From positions 1,472,001-1,536,000 of the forward strand of contig CAWFKH010000003.1 in assembly GCA_963816355.1 (NCBI GenBank): a stretch of DNA of 64,000 nucleotides. The letters run 5' to 3'. This DNA is from an uncultured Gemmatimonadales bacterium (GTDB lineage Bacteria > Gemmatimonadota > Gemmatimonadetes > Longimicrobiales > RSA9). Below are positions 27,568-35,921 of the stretch, one piece after another. The notes under the pieces were generated by a model. That model was given only the letters and a program-made list of their open reading frames with translations. It made no database searches and was not told the origin of the DNA. Positions within the stretch are counted from its first letter, which is position 1, and the number at the start of each line of letters is the position of its first letter. Made by a program: the position numbers and the translations under genes.

Positions 27568-28362
27568 ATGCGGATGAAGGCCGTCATCGTAGACGACGAA
27601 GCGCTCGCGCGCCGGCGGATTCGTCAGCTCCTGGAGGAGGAGCACGACGTCGAGGTCGTGGCGGAATGCGAGGACGCGGACACGGCGCTGCGTGCGATCC
27701 GCCAGCACAGGCCGAGCCTGCTCTTCCTGGACGTGCAGCTGAGGGGGGAGAGCGGATTCAGGGTGTTCGAGAAGGTGGGGCTGGAGCTGATGCCGGCGAC
27801 GGTGATGGTGACGGGCTACGAGGAGTACGCGGTGCAGGCGTTCGAGTCGAACGCGGTGGACTACGTGTTGAAGCCGGTGAGCGGGGACAGGCTGCACAAG
27901 GCGGTGGAGAAGGCGCGTCGCAAGGCGGCGGAGCACCTGCTGCGCGATCCGGAGCGGCTGTACACGGTGCTGCGGATGGTGGAGACGCGCGGCGGTGAGG
28001 TGGCGGAGGAGGGTTCGGAGACCCGTCCACTGGAGTGGGTCACGGTGAAGGCGGGGGGCGTGGTGCGGCCGATCGCGGCGACGGCGATCGAGCGGCTTGA
28101 GGCCGCGGCGAACTACGTGAAGGTGTACGTGAACGGCGATTACCACGTGGTGCGGAGCACGCTTTCGGCGTTCGAGGAGCAGCTCGATCCGGGGACGTTC
28201 GTGCGCATCCATCGCTCGACGATCATCAACAAGACGGCGATCGAGTCGTTCGAGGCGCTGCCGGGTGGTGACTTCCTCGTCAATCTGCGATCGGGAGCCA
28301 AGGTGAAGCTGAGCCGGAACTTCCGCGAGCAGCTCGAGGAATCGCTCGGCTATGGCATCTAG
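27568..28362 (+). CDS. LytR/AlgR-family (LytTR) response regulator
   Basis: IVDDEALAR, LFLDVQL, DYVLKP, C-terminal FVRIHRSTIIN. Confidence 0.93.
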   Translation: MRMKAVIVDDEALARRRIRQLLEEEHDVEVVAECEDADTALRAIRQHRPSLLFLDVQLRGESGFRVFEKVGLELMPATVMVTGYEEYAVQAFESNAVDYVLKPVSGDRLHKAVEKARRKAAEHLLRDPERLYTVLRMVETRGGEVAEEGSETRPLEWVTVKAGGVVRPIAATAIERLEAAANYVKVYVNGDYHVVRSTLSAFEEQLDPGTFVRIHRSTIINKTAIESFEALPGGDFLVNLRSGAKVKLSRNFREQLEESLGYGI

Positions 28363-29494
28363 CGAGGCGCCCTCCCCGGGCGGCGGCTTTCTCGCCTCGG
28401 ACCCGGCGATGGTCCAGGCGATCCGGCTGGGGCTGGGCGCCTTCGCGCTCGTCCAGATCGTTCAGACGTACCTCTTCCTCTTCGTCATCCCCGGGACGCC
28501 GCCGACGCCCGGGCCCGCGTTGATCGTGACGCTGCGCCTCGGCTATCTCATCGCGGCCGTGCCGACGGCGTACGCGCTCCTGCGGCGCGCGGGCGACGGA
28601 GCGCCGAGCGCTCACGGCCTCGGCATTCGGGCCGCAGGTCTTCTGGGGCTCGGCCTCGGTTACGGCGGGAGCATCATCGTCGCGACGCGCCTCGCGCGCG
28701 GGTTCTGGCCGCCGCCGGGCGAGGTGATGATCAATCACCTCGGCGACTTCATCCTGTACGGCGGCGTGATCTGGCTGGGCGCGCGTGCCGTACTCCTCTA
28801 CCGCCACTACCGGGACCAACGCCTGGAGGCGGCGCTCCTCGAAGGCCGTCTGGCACGCGCGCAGCTGAATTCGCTGAAGATGCAGATCCAGCCGCACTTC
28901 CTCTTCAACACCCTCAACGCCATCGCGACGCTGACGCGCGACGAACCTGCGGCGGCGGAGCGGATGATGCTCGCCCTCGCGGATCTACTGCATCGCGCAC
29001 TCGAGCACGGGCGGCGGCGCGATGTCCGGCTGGCAGACGAGGTCGAGACGGCCGCGCTTTACATGGAGATCCAGAAGATCCGCTTCGGCGACTGGCTCTC
29101 GTTCTCCGTCTCCGTGGAGCCGGCGGCGGGCGAGGCGCGTGTGCCCAGCTTCGTCCTCCAGCCGCTGATCGAGAACGCGATCAAGCACGGGCTGGCTCCG
29201 GCACAGGGCCACGGCCACGTCAGCGTCGAGGCCCGCCTCGCAGGGCGCAGGCTGGTCGTGGAGGTGAGCGACGACGGGGTGGGACCGCGCGAGGGCCGGC
29301 GCGGCGGCGTCGGGCTGCGCAACATCCGCGAGCGGCTGCGCCACATGTACGGAGAGGACGCCTCGGTCGAACTGGTCTCCCGGAACGGCGGCGGCGCGAC
29401 GACGCGACTCGACATCCCGTACGCCTGGAGGCCCGTCCGCCACGACAAGGGTCAACGGGAGGAACCCGCCCTCACCGCGAATCTGACGGCCTGA
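28352..29494 (+). CDS. LytS/YehU-type sensor histidine kinase
   Basis: LKMQIQPHFLFNTLN, LQPLIENAIKHG, DDGVG, GVGLRNIRERL; N-terminal TM helices. Confidence 0.93.
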   Translation: MASSEAPSPGGGFLASDPAMVQAIRLGLGAFALVQIVQTYLFLFVIPGTPPTPGPALIVTLRLGYLIAAVPTAYALLRRAGDGAPSAHGLGIRAAGLLGLGLGYGGSIIVATRLARGFWPPPGEVMINHLGDFILYGGVIWLGARAVLLYRHYRDQRLEAALLEGRLARAQLNSLKMQIQPHFLFNTLNAIATLTRDEPAAAERMMLALADLLHRALEHGRRRDVRLADEVETAALYMEIQKIRFGDWLSFSVSVEPAAGEARVPSFVLQPLIENAIKHGLAPAQGHGHVSVEARLAGRRLVVEVSDDGVGPREGRRGGVGLRNIRERLRHMYGEDASVELVSRNGGGATTRLDIPYAWRPVRHDKGQREEPALTANLTA

Positions 29495-29515
29495 GGCGAT
29501 CGGCCGCCCGCCCGC

Positions 29516-31939
29516 TCACTCCCCGCGGATCACCCGCATCGGCTCGACCGCCGCGGCACGCCGCGCCGGCAGCCACGCGGCGCCGGCCGCGGTCAACATC
29601 CCGAGCACGACGACCCCGGCCAACGTCAACGGATCGACCACCTGCACGTTGTAGAGCAGCGACGCGATCAGGCGGGACCCGATAAGCGCGACCACGACCC
29701 CCACGACCAGTCCACCGGCCACGAGCCGGACCCCCTGCCCAACGATGACGCGCGATACCTGGCCCGGCGTGGCGCCGAGCGCGATCCGCACCGCGATCTC
29801 CCGCGAACGCTGCTCGACGTTGAAGGCGAGGACCGCGAAGATCCCCATCATCGCGAGCAGAAGCGCGACGGCGCTGAACGCGGCGAAGAGGATCGTCACG
29901 AAGCGGCGGTCTCCGAACGAATCGGTGACGACCTGCTGCAGCGTGCGGACGCCGAAGATCGGCAGGTCGGGGTCGATGCCGTTGATCACCTGCCGGATCT
30001 GCGGCAGCAGCCGCGTGGGATCGCCGCTGGAGCGGACGATGTAGACCTGCTCCCCACCGGCGGTGGCGGGGCCCCACGGGTAATAGACCGCCGGCGCCTT
30101 CGCCCCCGTGATGCCGCTTTCCCGCACGCTCCCCACGACGCCGGTGATGCGCAACGGGCTGCTGCCTCCCACCTGAAGCGTGCGTCCCACGGCGTCTCCG
30201 TGCGGAAACAACGTGTTGGCGACGATGTCGCTCACCACGATCACCCGGATCGTGTCTGACGGTGTCGACCCACCATCCGCTTCCGTGAAGAGCTGCCCCT
30301 GCAGGAGCGGGATCCCGGCGGAAGCGAAGAAGTCCGGGTTCACCGCGCGGATCTCGACAAACTTCGCTTGCAGGTTCGGGTCGTCCGGCGACGGAACGCT
30401 GGTGATGTTCCGTCCGCCCTCCAGCGGGACGAGCTGCGTGATGCCGACGTGCCGCACTCCCGCGAGCGCCCGCACCTGCCGCAGCACGCGTTCGGAGAGC
30501 GAGTAGTTGGCGGCCGGCGGGTACGTCGCCTGTGGCGGCTGCACGACGAAGCTCAGGGCGTGCGCGGGCACGATGCCGGTGTCGACGCGGCCCAGCCGCC
30601 AGTAGCTGTGCACCAGCAGGCCGGCGCCGGCGACGACGATCACCGCCATCGCCACCTCGGCGACGACGAGGCCCCTCTGCAGGCTGTAGCGGTGAGGCGA
30701 AAGATTCTGCGCCCCCGCACGCAACCACTCGAAGAGGTCCTCGCCCTCGGATCGCAGCCCCGGCACCACGCCGACGAGGGCGCCGGTCAGGAGCGCGAGC
30801 GCGACGCCGAATGCGACGGCTCCAGCGCCCAGGTGGACCTCGCTCGCCCGTGGCAACGCATCGCCGAACAGCGTGAGGAAGCTGTGCGTGAGGCTCCAGG
30901 CGAGCACCACGCCGAGAAGCGAGGCGACCACCGCGAGCGCCATCGATTCCAGGATGAAGCCGCGCACGACGCGCCACACGCCGGATCCGACCGCGACGCG
31001 GATCGCCGTCGCGCGCCGCCGCCGCTCCGCCTGTACCAGCAACAGCCCCGCGACGTTCAGGCACGCCACCAGCAGGACGAGGAGCACGGCGCCCGAGAGA
31101 AGGTGCAGCGGCGTGTCCGCACCGCCCAGCATCCAGTCGCGCGCGGGCTTCACGTCGATCGTCCAGTCCTTCGTGTTCTGGTCCGAGGTACCGCCACCCG
31201 CGGCCAGGTCCCGCGCCGCGATGCGAGCGACGATCGACCGCAACTCCGCCTGCGCCTGCGCCGCGGTCGCACCCGGCGCGAGCCGGCCGAGAAGGGAGAG
31301 CCGGCGACGGCCCAGGGCATGCATGTCGGCCGCCGTCCACTCCGCAGGAACGAGCAGCTTCGGATCGCCCGGGAACCAGAAGGATGCCGGCAGCACCCCC
31401 ACCACCGTGTACGGAAGTGCGTCGATGATGAGCGTCTTGCCCAGCACGCCGCGATCCCCACCGAAACGGTCCTGCCAGAGCCGCTGGCCGATGATCGCGA
31501 CGCGCGCGGCACCCTGTCGATCTTCGCCCGGCCTGAACTCCCGCCCGACGACCGGCGTCACGCCCAGTGTGTGCAGGAAGTCCGCCGAAACCTGGAGCGC
31601 CGTGAGCCGCTCCGGCGTGCCGCTCACGGCGAGGTTCACGGAGCGGCTCTCGAACGAGCTCAGCGACGCCAGAGTGCGGCTCGACTCCCGCATCTCGATG
31701 AAGCTCGGAACGGAGGTGGTGCCGCTTCCGCTCGAAGGGACGTAGCGGGCCCGCGGTTGCACGAGCCGCTCCGGCGCCTCGTACGGCAGCGGCTTCAGCA
31801 GCGTCCCCTCCACGATGCTGTAGATCGACGTGCTGGCGCCGATGCCGATCGCCAGCATCGCCACGGCCGCCAGCGCGTATCCAGGTCGCCGCAGGATTGA
31901 ACGAATCGCCACCCACAGGTCCCGCGCAACCTCACTCAT
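29516..31939 (-). CDS. ADOP-family duplicated ABC permease (MacB/FtsX-like)
   Basis: RRPGYALAAVAMLAIGIGA, LLVACLNVAGLL, REIAVRIALGA, PARRAAAVEP. Confidence 0.92.
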   Translation of the reverse strand: MSEVARDLWVAIRSILRRPGYALAAVAMLAIGIGASTSIYSIVEGTLLKPLPYEAPERLVQPRARYVPSSGSGTTSVPSFIEMRESSRTLASLSSFESRSVNLAVSGTPERLTALQVSADFLHTLGVTPVVGREFRPGEDRQGAARVAIIGQRLWQDRFGGDRGVLGKTLIIDALPYTVVGVLPASFWFPGDPKLLVPAEWTAADMHALGRRRLSLLGRLAPGATAAQAQAELRSIVARIAARDLAAGGGTSDQNTKDWTIDVKPARDWMLGGADTPLHLLSGAVLLVLLVACLNVAGLLLVQAERRRRATAIRVAVGSGVWRVVRGFILESMALAVVASLLGVVLAWSLTHSFLTLFGDALPRASEVHLGAGAVAFGVALALLTGALVGVVPGLRSEGEDLFEWLRAGAQNLSPHRYSLQRGLVVAEVAMAVIVVAGAGLLVHSYWRLGRVDTGIVPAHALSFVVQPPQATYPPAANYSLSERVLRQVRALAGVRHVGITQLVPLEGGRNITSVPSPDDPNLQAKFVEIRAVNPDFFASAGIPLLQGQLFTEADGGSTPSDTIRVIVVSDIVANTLFPHGDAVGRTLQVGGSSPLRITGVVGSVRESGITGAKAPAVYYPWGPATAGGEQVYIVRSSGDPTRLLPQIRQVINGIDPDLPIFGVRTLQQVVTDSFGDRRFVTILFAAFSAVALLLAMMGIFAVLAFNVEQRSREIAVRIALGATPGQVSRVIVGQGVRLVAGGLVVGVVVALIGSRLIASLLYNVQVVDPLTLAGVVVLGMLTAAGAAWLPARRAAAVEPMRVIRGE

Positions 31940-32066
31940 CTCTCCTCCACGTTCCTGTCATGTCGAGGCGCGGCGAGGCGAGTCCGACACTCCCTCCTCG
32001 CCGAGCGTTGGATCGGCTGCACGCCGTGATCGTTGGAATTGGCGATCGGATCACGGTGCCCGGGGG

Positions 32067-32193
32067 GCAAGGCGCGTGCCGCGTACGATATCACCATAAA
32101 CACCCTGTTGACAAACAGTTACACAGATACCAACCTGCGCCCGGCGCACCCCGGCCGTCCGCTCGTGGGATCCGCCAATCCCGACTTCGGACG
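32067..32193 (-). promoter_or_regulatory. Sigma54 promoter with AT-rich IHF-like spacer and paired upstream activator boxes, facing the ADOP gene
   Basis: GGCACG-CGCC-TTGC (32067-32080, minus strand); AT-rich 32088-32130; CGTCCG-N4-TGGGA (32156-32170) and TCCCG-N4-CGGACG (32179-32193). Confidence 0.7.
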
Positions 32194-32269
32194 CATTGCC
32201 GGCGCCGGCAGCACACTTTACGCTGCGGCCGCGAGGGGCGAAGATACAGGGAATCGACGAGGAGACCGG

Positions 32270-33328
32270 ATGCAGCGAAGCGGGACGAACGAGAAGACGG
32301 TGGGCCCGACGGACGGGACCGGAGGGGACGTCGCGATCCGCCGCGGGCCGCTGGAACGACTGCGCAGGCGCGGCCGCGAGCGCGGGTGGTCGCGCGACGG
32401 TCGGGACCACCGGCGGCGCAGGCCGGTCGTCGCCAACCGCGGCCTGATGCTGCTCTACGCGGGGCTGCTCGGCGTGTGCGCGTTCACGATCGTGGTCGCG
32501 GTGCGCTATCCGGGGAGCGCCTTCGCCGACAAGTTCGCGCCGAACATCGCGTCGGAGTCGATGAGCGCGCTGCTGACGATCGCGGTGGTGCGGCGGCTGC
32601 TGGAGCGGCAGGAGCGGGCGCGCCGGCTGCGCGGATCGGTGGGCGCGCTGCGCAAGTCCGGACGGGCGCTGAGCGAGCTGATGGATGCGTGGGCCACGCT
32701 CATCAAGGGTGCGCGCGCGTTTGCCTCGCCGGTGCCCGGAACGGCGGACGCTCTCTTCGTGCCGTACGTGACGGAGGACCTCATGCTGATCGATCCTGGC
32801 CACGTCCGCGAAGGCGGAGACGAGCCGTACGTGGCGCTGGCCTCGGCGCGGCTGCGCAACGCGCAGGAGCAGCTCAACGGCGTGATCGCGATGTACGGCG
32901 CGGACCTGGAGCCGGACTACAAGGAGATGCTCGACGCTCTGATCGACGATCCCTTCATTGCCCTCGTCGCGAAGCTCGCGTCGCAGCCCGCGGAGGCGCG
33001 GACGTGGCGAGTCGCGCTGAACACCGCGCGCGGCCACCGTGAAGTGCACTTCGCGCGGCTGATGAGCGCGTTGCGCATGCACAACGACCTGGCGGGGGAG
33101 GCGGCGCGCTATCGCAGCCACCAGGCGGCGCCGCACTCGGACGTGCTCGGAATCCGCCGCGCCCTCGACCACGACACGCGGGTCGACACGACGCTGTCGC
33201 GCGAGTGGTGGGCGGCCGCGCCGCGGCCGGGGGCGCTGAAGGTACAGACGCCCGAGAAGTCGGCTCGGCATGCCGCGGGACCGGGCGCTCAACGGCCGGA
33301 GGGCGCCGCGCCGCTGACGGGTCTGTAG
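32270..33328 (+). CDS. Hypothetical protein with two N-terminal TM helices
   Basis: SD GAGGAG plus ATG; TM pair ending NIASESMSALLTIAVV; 3' end overlaps the convergent gene by 40 nt. Confidence 0.7.
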   Translation: MQRSGTNEKTVGPTDGTGGDVAIRRGPLERLRRRGRERGWSRDGRDHRRRRPVVANRGLMLLYAGLLGVCAFTIVVAVRYPGSAFADKFAPNIASESMSALLTIAVVRRLLERQERARRLRGSVGALRKSGRALSELMDAWATLIKGARAFASPVPGTADALFVPYVTEDLMLIDPGHVREGGDEPYVALASARLRNAQEQLNGVIAMYGADLEPDYKEMLDALIDDPFIALVAKLASQPAEARTWRVALNTARGHREVHFARLMSALRMHNDLAGEAARYRSHQAAPHSDVLGIRRALDHDTRVDTTLSREWWAAAPRPGALKVQTPEKSARHAAGPGAQRPEGAAPLTGL

Positions 33329-35166
33329 AGGGCCGCGAGCGTCACGGCGTCGAGGCGGTCGCCGCGGTCGCTTCCCCGCCCCACGAGGACGAAGCGTCCG
33401 CCTCCCGCGTAGCCTTTCACCCACGCCGTGGCGAGACCGTTCTCGTCCGTCGCGAGGACTTCGTCCACGGCCGTCGGCGCCACGCCCCACCCGGAGGTCC
33501 ACCACCCTTCCAGGCCCCAACGTCGGCCCGCGGCCGTAGCCGCCGCGCCGACGCGATCGAAGCGCGCGGCGGCGAAGTCGACGTCGAGCAGACGAGCCGC
33601 TCCCTCGTGGTCCATCCGGGCGTACGGCCCCGGCTCGCCCGTCTTCGGGTCGCGCGGCCAGATCACCGGGGGCACGCCCGGCCAGACCACCGTGCCGCCC
33701 GCCTCCAGGAAGCGGCGCAGCAGGGGCGTGCCCGCGGAATCGGACGCGAGCAACGGCGGCGCGAGGTGATCGAGCGCGAACACGACGACGTCGGCGGCCG
33801 CCTCCCCGCTCGCCGACTCCGCCGCCATCCAGCGGCCGAGCGAGGCCGCGTCCATGCGCGCGAAGCCGCGCTGCACGAGACCATCCCGCAGCGCGACGTG
33901 GTCCTCCGTCCACGCCGACCGCACGTAGGCGCTGTCCCAGAACACGACCCGCTGCAGCGCCCGCGCACCGCCCGCAACCGCATAGACGCCGCCGTCCTCG
34001 CTCCCGAACACGACGACGCCGTCGGCCGCCGCGGGCGCGTCGCGTACACCGCCGCCGGCGCGGAAGCTCCAGAGCGTATCGCCGCGTTGCGCGTCCAGCG
34101 CCAGGAGATCGCCGGCACCGTCGCCCACGTAGACGACGCCGCCGGCGACGGCGGGCGAGGACCAGACCGATGCCGGCGTGGTGAAGCGCCAGCGCTCGCG
34201 GCCGCTCACGGCGTCCACCGCCTGGACGAAGTGGCCGTCGGAGCTGCCGTCGAAGACGAGGCCGCCGGCGACCGCGGGCGAGCTGTTGACCCAGGAGACC
34301 TGGTGATCGAAGCGCCAGCGCATTGCGCCGGAGTCCGCGTCGATGGCGTAGAGAAAGCCGTCGCGAGCCCCGACGTAGACGAGCCCGTCGGCGACCGCCG
34401 GCGAAGATTGCACCGTCTTGCGGTCGAAGCCGAACGTGTCGCTGTCGAGGGTGCGGCCGAAGGTGTCGAAGCGCCAGGCGCGCCGCCCCGACTCGACGTC
34501 GAATGCGTACACGCTGCCGTCCGCGCTGCCGACGTAGGCGCGCCCGTTCGCGACCGCCGGCGAGGAGCGGACGCGGCCTTCCGTGGGTGCGCTCCACTCC
34601 TCCTCGCCCGTGCGCGCGTCGAAAGCGTGGAGTCCGCCATCGCCACCGCCGACGAGCACGCGGCCGGCGGCGAGGACCGGCGAAGAGACGTAGATGTCGC
34701 CGGACGTGAAGGGCCACGCGAACGGGACATCGGCGCCCGTCGACGCGCGCCACGCGACGTCGCCACCGTCGGCGCGAAGCGCGAACACGTCGCCGTTCCT
34801 CGTCTGCGCGTAGACGAGCCCGCTTCCGACCGCCGGCGACGAGGTCACGGCGGAACCCAGGGGGCGGGACCAGCGGGGGATGCCGGTGGCGAGGTCGAGC
34901 GCGTAGAGCGTGCCGTCGGAGCTGCCGATGTAGACGACGTCCCCGGCGATCGCAGGGCTTGATCGCACGGGACCGCCGGTGCGAAACCGCCAGCGGAGCC
35001 CGCCGAAGCGGCGCACGGGCCGGACGTCGTAGACGCCCAGGTGCGCGGGACCGCCGCGGAACATCGCGCTCGCCGACGTCGCCGCCTCCCGGGGCGGGGC
35101 CGGCGCATCGGCGCACGCGGCGGCCACGGGAAGCAGCAGGGTCAGCGTGCGGCCGAGCGGCGTCAT
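33289..35166 (-). CDS. PQQ/BamB-like beta-propeller repeat lipoprotein
   Basis: Lipobox VAAAC; many SSPAVxxGxVYxGSxDGxxYAxD...W repeats; unknown C-terminal domain. Confidence 0.88.
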   Translation of the reverse strand: MTPLGRTLTLLLPVAAACADAPAPPREAATSASAMFRGGPAHLGVYDVRPVRRFGGLRWRFRTGGPVRSSPAIAGDVVYIGSSDGTLYALDLATGIPRWSRPLGSAVTSSPAVGSGLVYAQTRNGDVFALRADGGDVAWRASTGADVPFAWPFTSGDIYVSSPVLAAGRVLVGGGDGGLHAFDARTGEEEWSAPTEGRVRSSPAVANGRAYVGSADGSVYAFDVESGRRAWRFDTFGRTLDSDTFGFDRKTVQSSPAVADGLVYVGARDGFLYAIDADSGAMRWRFDHQVSWVNSSPAVAGGLVFDGSSDGHFVQAVDAVSGRERWRFTTPASVWSSPAVAGGVVYVGDGAGDLLALDAQRGDTLWSFRAGGGVRDAPAAADGVVVFGSEDGGVYAVAGGARALQRVVFWDSAYVRSAWTEDHVALRDGLVQRGFARMDAASLGRWMAAESASGEAAADVVVFALDHLAPPLLASDSAGTPLLRRFLEAGGTVVWPGVPPVIWPRDPKTGEPGPYARMDHEGAARLLDVDFAAARFDRVGAAATAAGRRWGLEGWWTSGWGVAPTAVDEVLATDENGLATAWVKGYAGGGRFVLVGRGSDRGDRLDAVTLAALYRPVSGAAPSGR

Positions 35167-35423
35167 TGGCTCCTCCCCGGGACGATGGTCAGGATGCGTC
35201 CTTCCTTGCGTCGCTTGTACAGGAGCAGGTCTCCCACGTCGAACCTCCCATCCTGATTGGCGTTGCGGTCGAGATAATCGCGCGTCGCGGCGTCGAGGCC
35301 GCCGCCGTCGGCCGTCAGGCTGGCGCGCAGGTCGTCGTCGCTCAGATCGAGGTCGGTGACCGTCACGTCGAAGTGGTCGACCAGGCGATGGCCGCCGGCG
35401 TAGTCGCACGTCGAAAAGTCCAC
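35163..35423 (-). CDS. Small acidic protein with dockerin/EF-hand-like motif (possible gene remnant)
   Basis: YLDRNANQDGRFDVGDL; SD AAAGGGGAG before GTG; ATGA overlap with the PQQ gene. Confidence 0.5.
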   Translation of the reverse strand: MDFSTCDYAGGHRLVDHFDVTVTDLDLSDDDLRASLTADGGGLDAATRDYLDRNANQDGRFDVGDLLLYKRRKEGRILTIVPGRSQ

Positions 35424-35543
35424 TCCCCTTTCTCGAGTACGCCCGAGGAACGCGCACGGCGGCTTCGACGTGACGGCGCACGGTCGCGGCCTCGCCGCGT
35501 CGACCGCCCGCGCGCCCTCCACTTGACCGGCCGGCGGCCGCGA

Positions 35544-35562
35544 TATACTCATGAAGAGTATA
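35544..35562. promoter_or_regulatory. Probable PadR operator overlapping the -10 box
   Basis: Perfect inverted repeat TATACTC-N5-GAGTATA, 23 nt before the padR ATG. Confidence 0.7.
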
Positions 35563-35585
35563 GCCGCCCTTCCGCGACGGGATCC

Positions 35586-35921
35586 ATGAGATCGGAACCG
35601 CTGACCGCTGTTGAGATGCTCACGCTATCGGCGCTGTCGCAGGGCGCGCTGTATGGCTATGCGATCGCCGTACGGATCGAGGATCTGAGCGGGGGGCGAG
35701 TCGCCGTCCGGCCCGGAAATCTGTATCGCGTTCTGGACCGGCTCGAGCGGCGAGGCCTCGTGGCGCCCGCGGCGGCGCCGGAGGGGGAGGGGGAGGAGGA
35801 CGAGCGGCGCCGGTATTTCCGAGCGACGAAGGCAGGGCGCCGTGCGGCGGCGGACCAGCTGGCCATGTTCGGAGCGGTGCTGCGGGAGTCCCCCACGCTT
35901 CGGGCACTGGTGGGGCCGTGA
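35586..35921 (+). CDS. PadR-family transcriptional regulator
   Basis: LYGYAI, PGNLYRVLDRLERRGLV, RRRYFRAT; GTGA-coupled to the ADOP gene. Confidence 0.9.
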   Translation: MRSEPLTAVEMLTLSALSQGALYGYAIAVRIEDLSGGRVAVRPGNLYRVLDRLERRGLVAPAAAPEGEGEEDERRRYFRATKAGRRAAADQLAMFGAVLRESPTLRALVGP

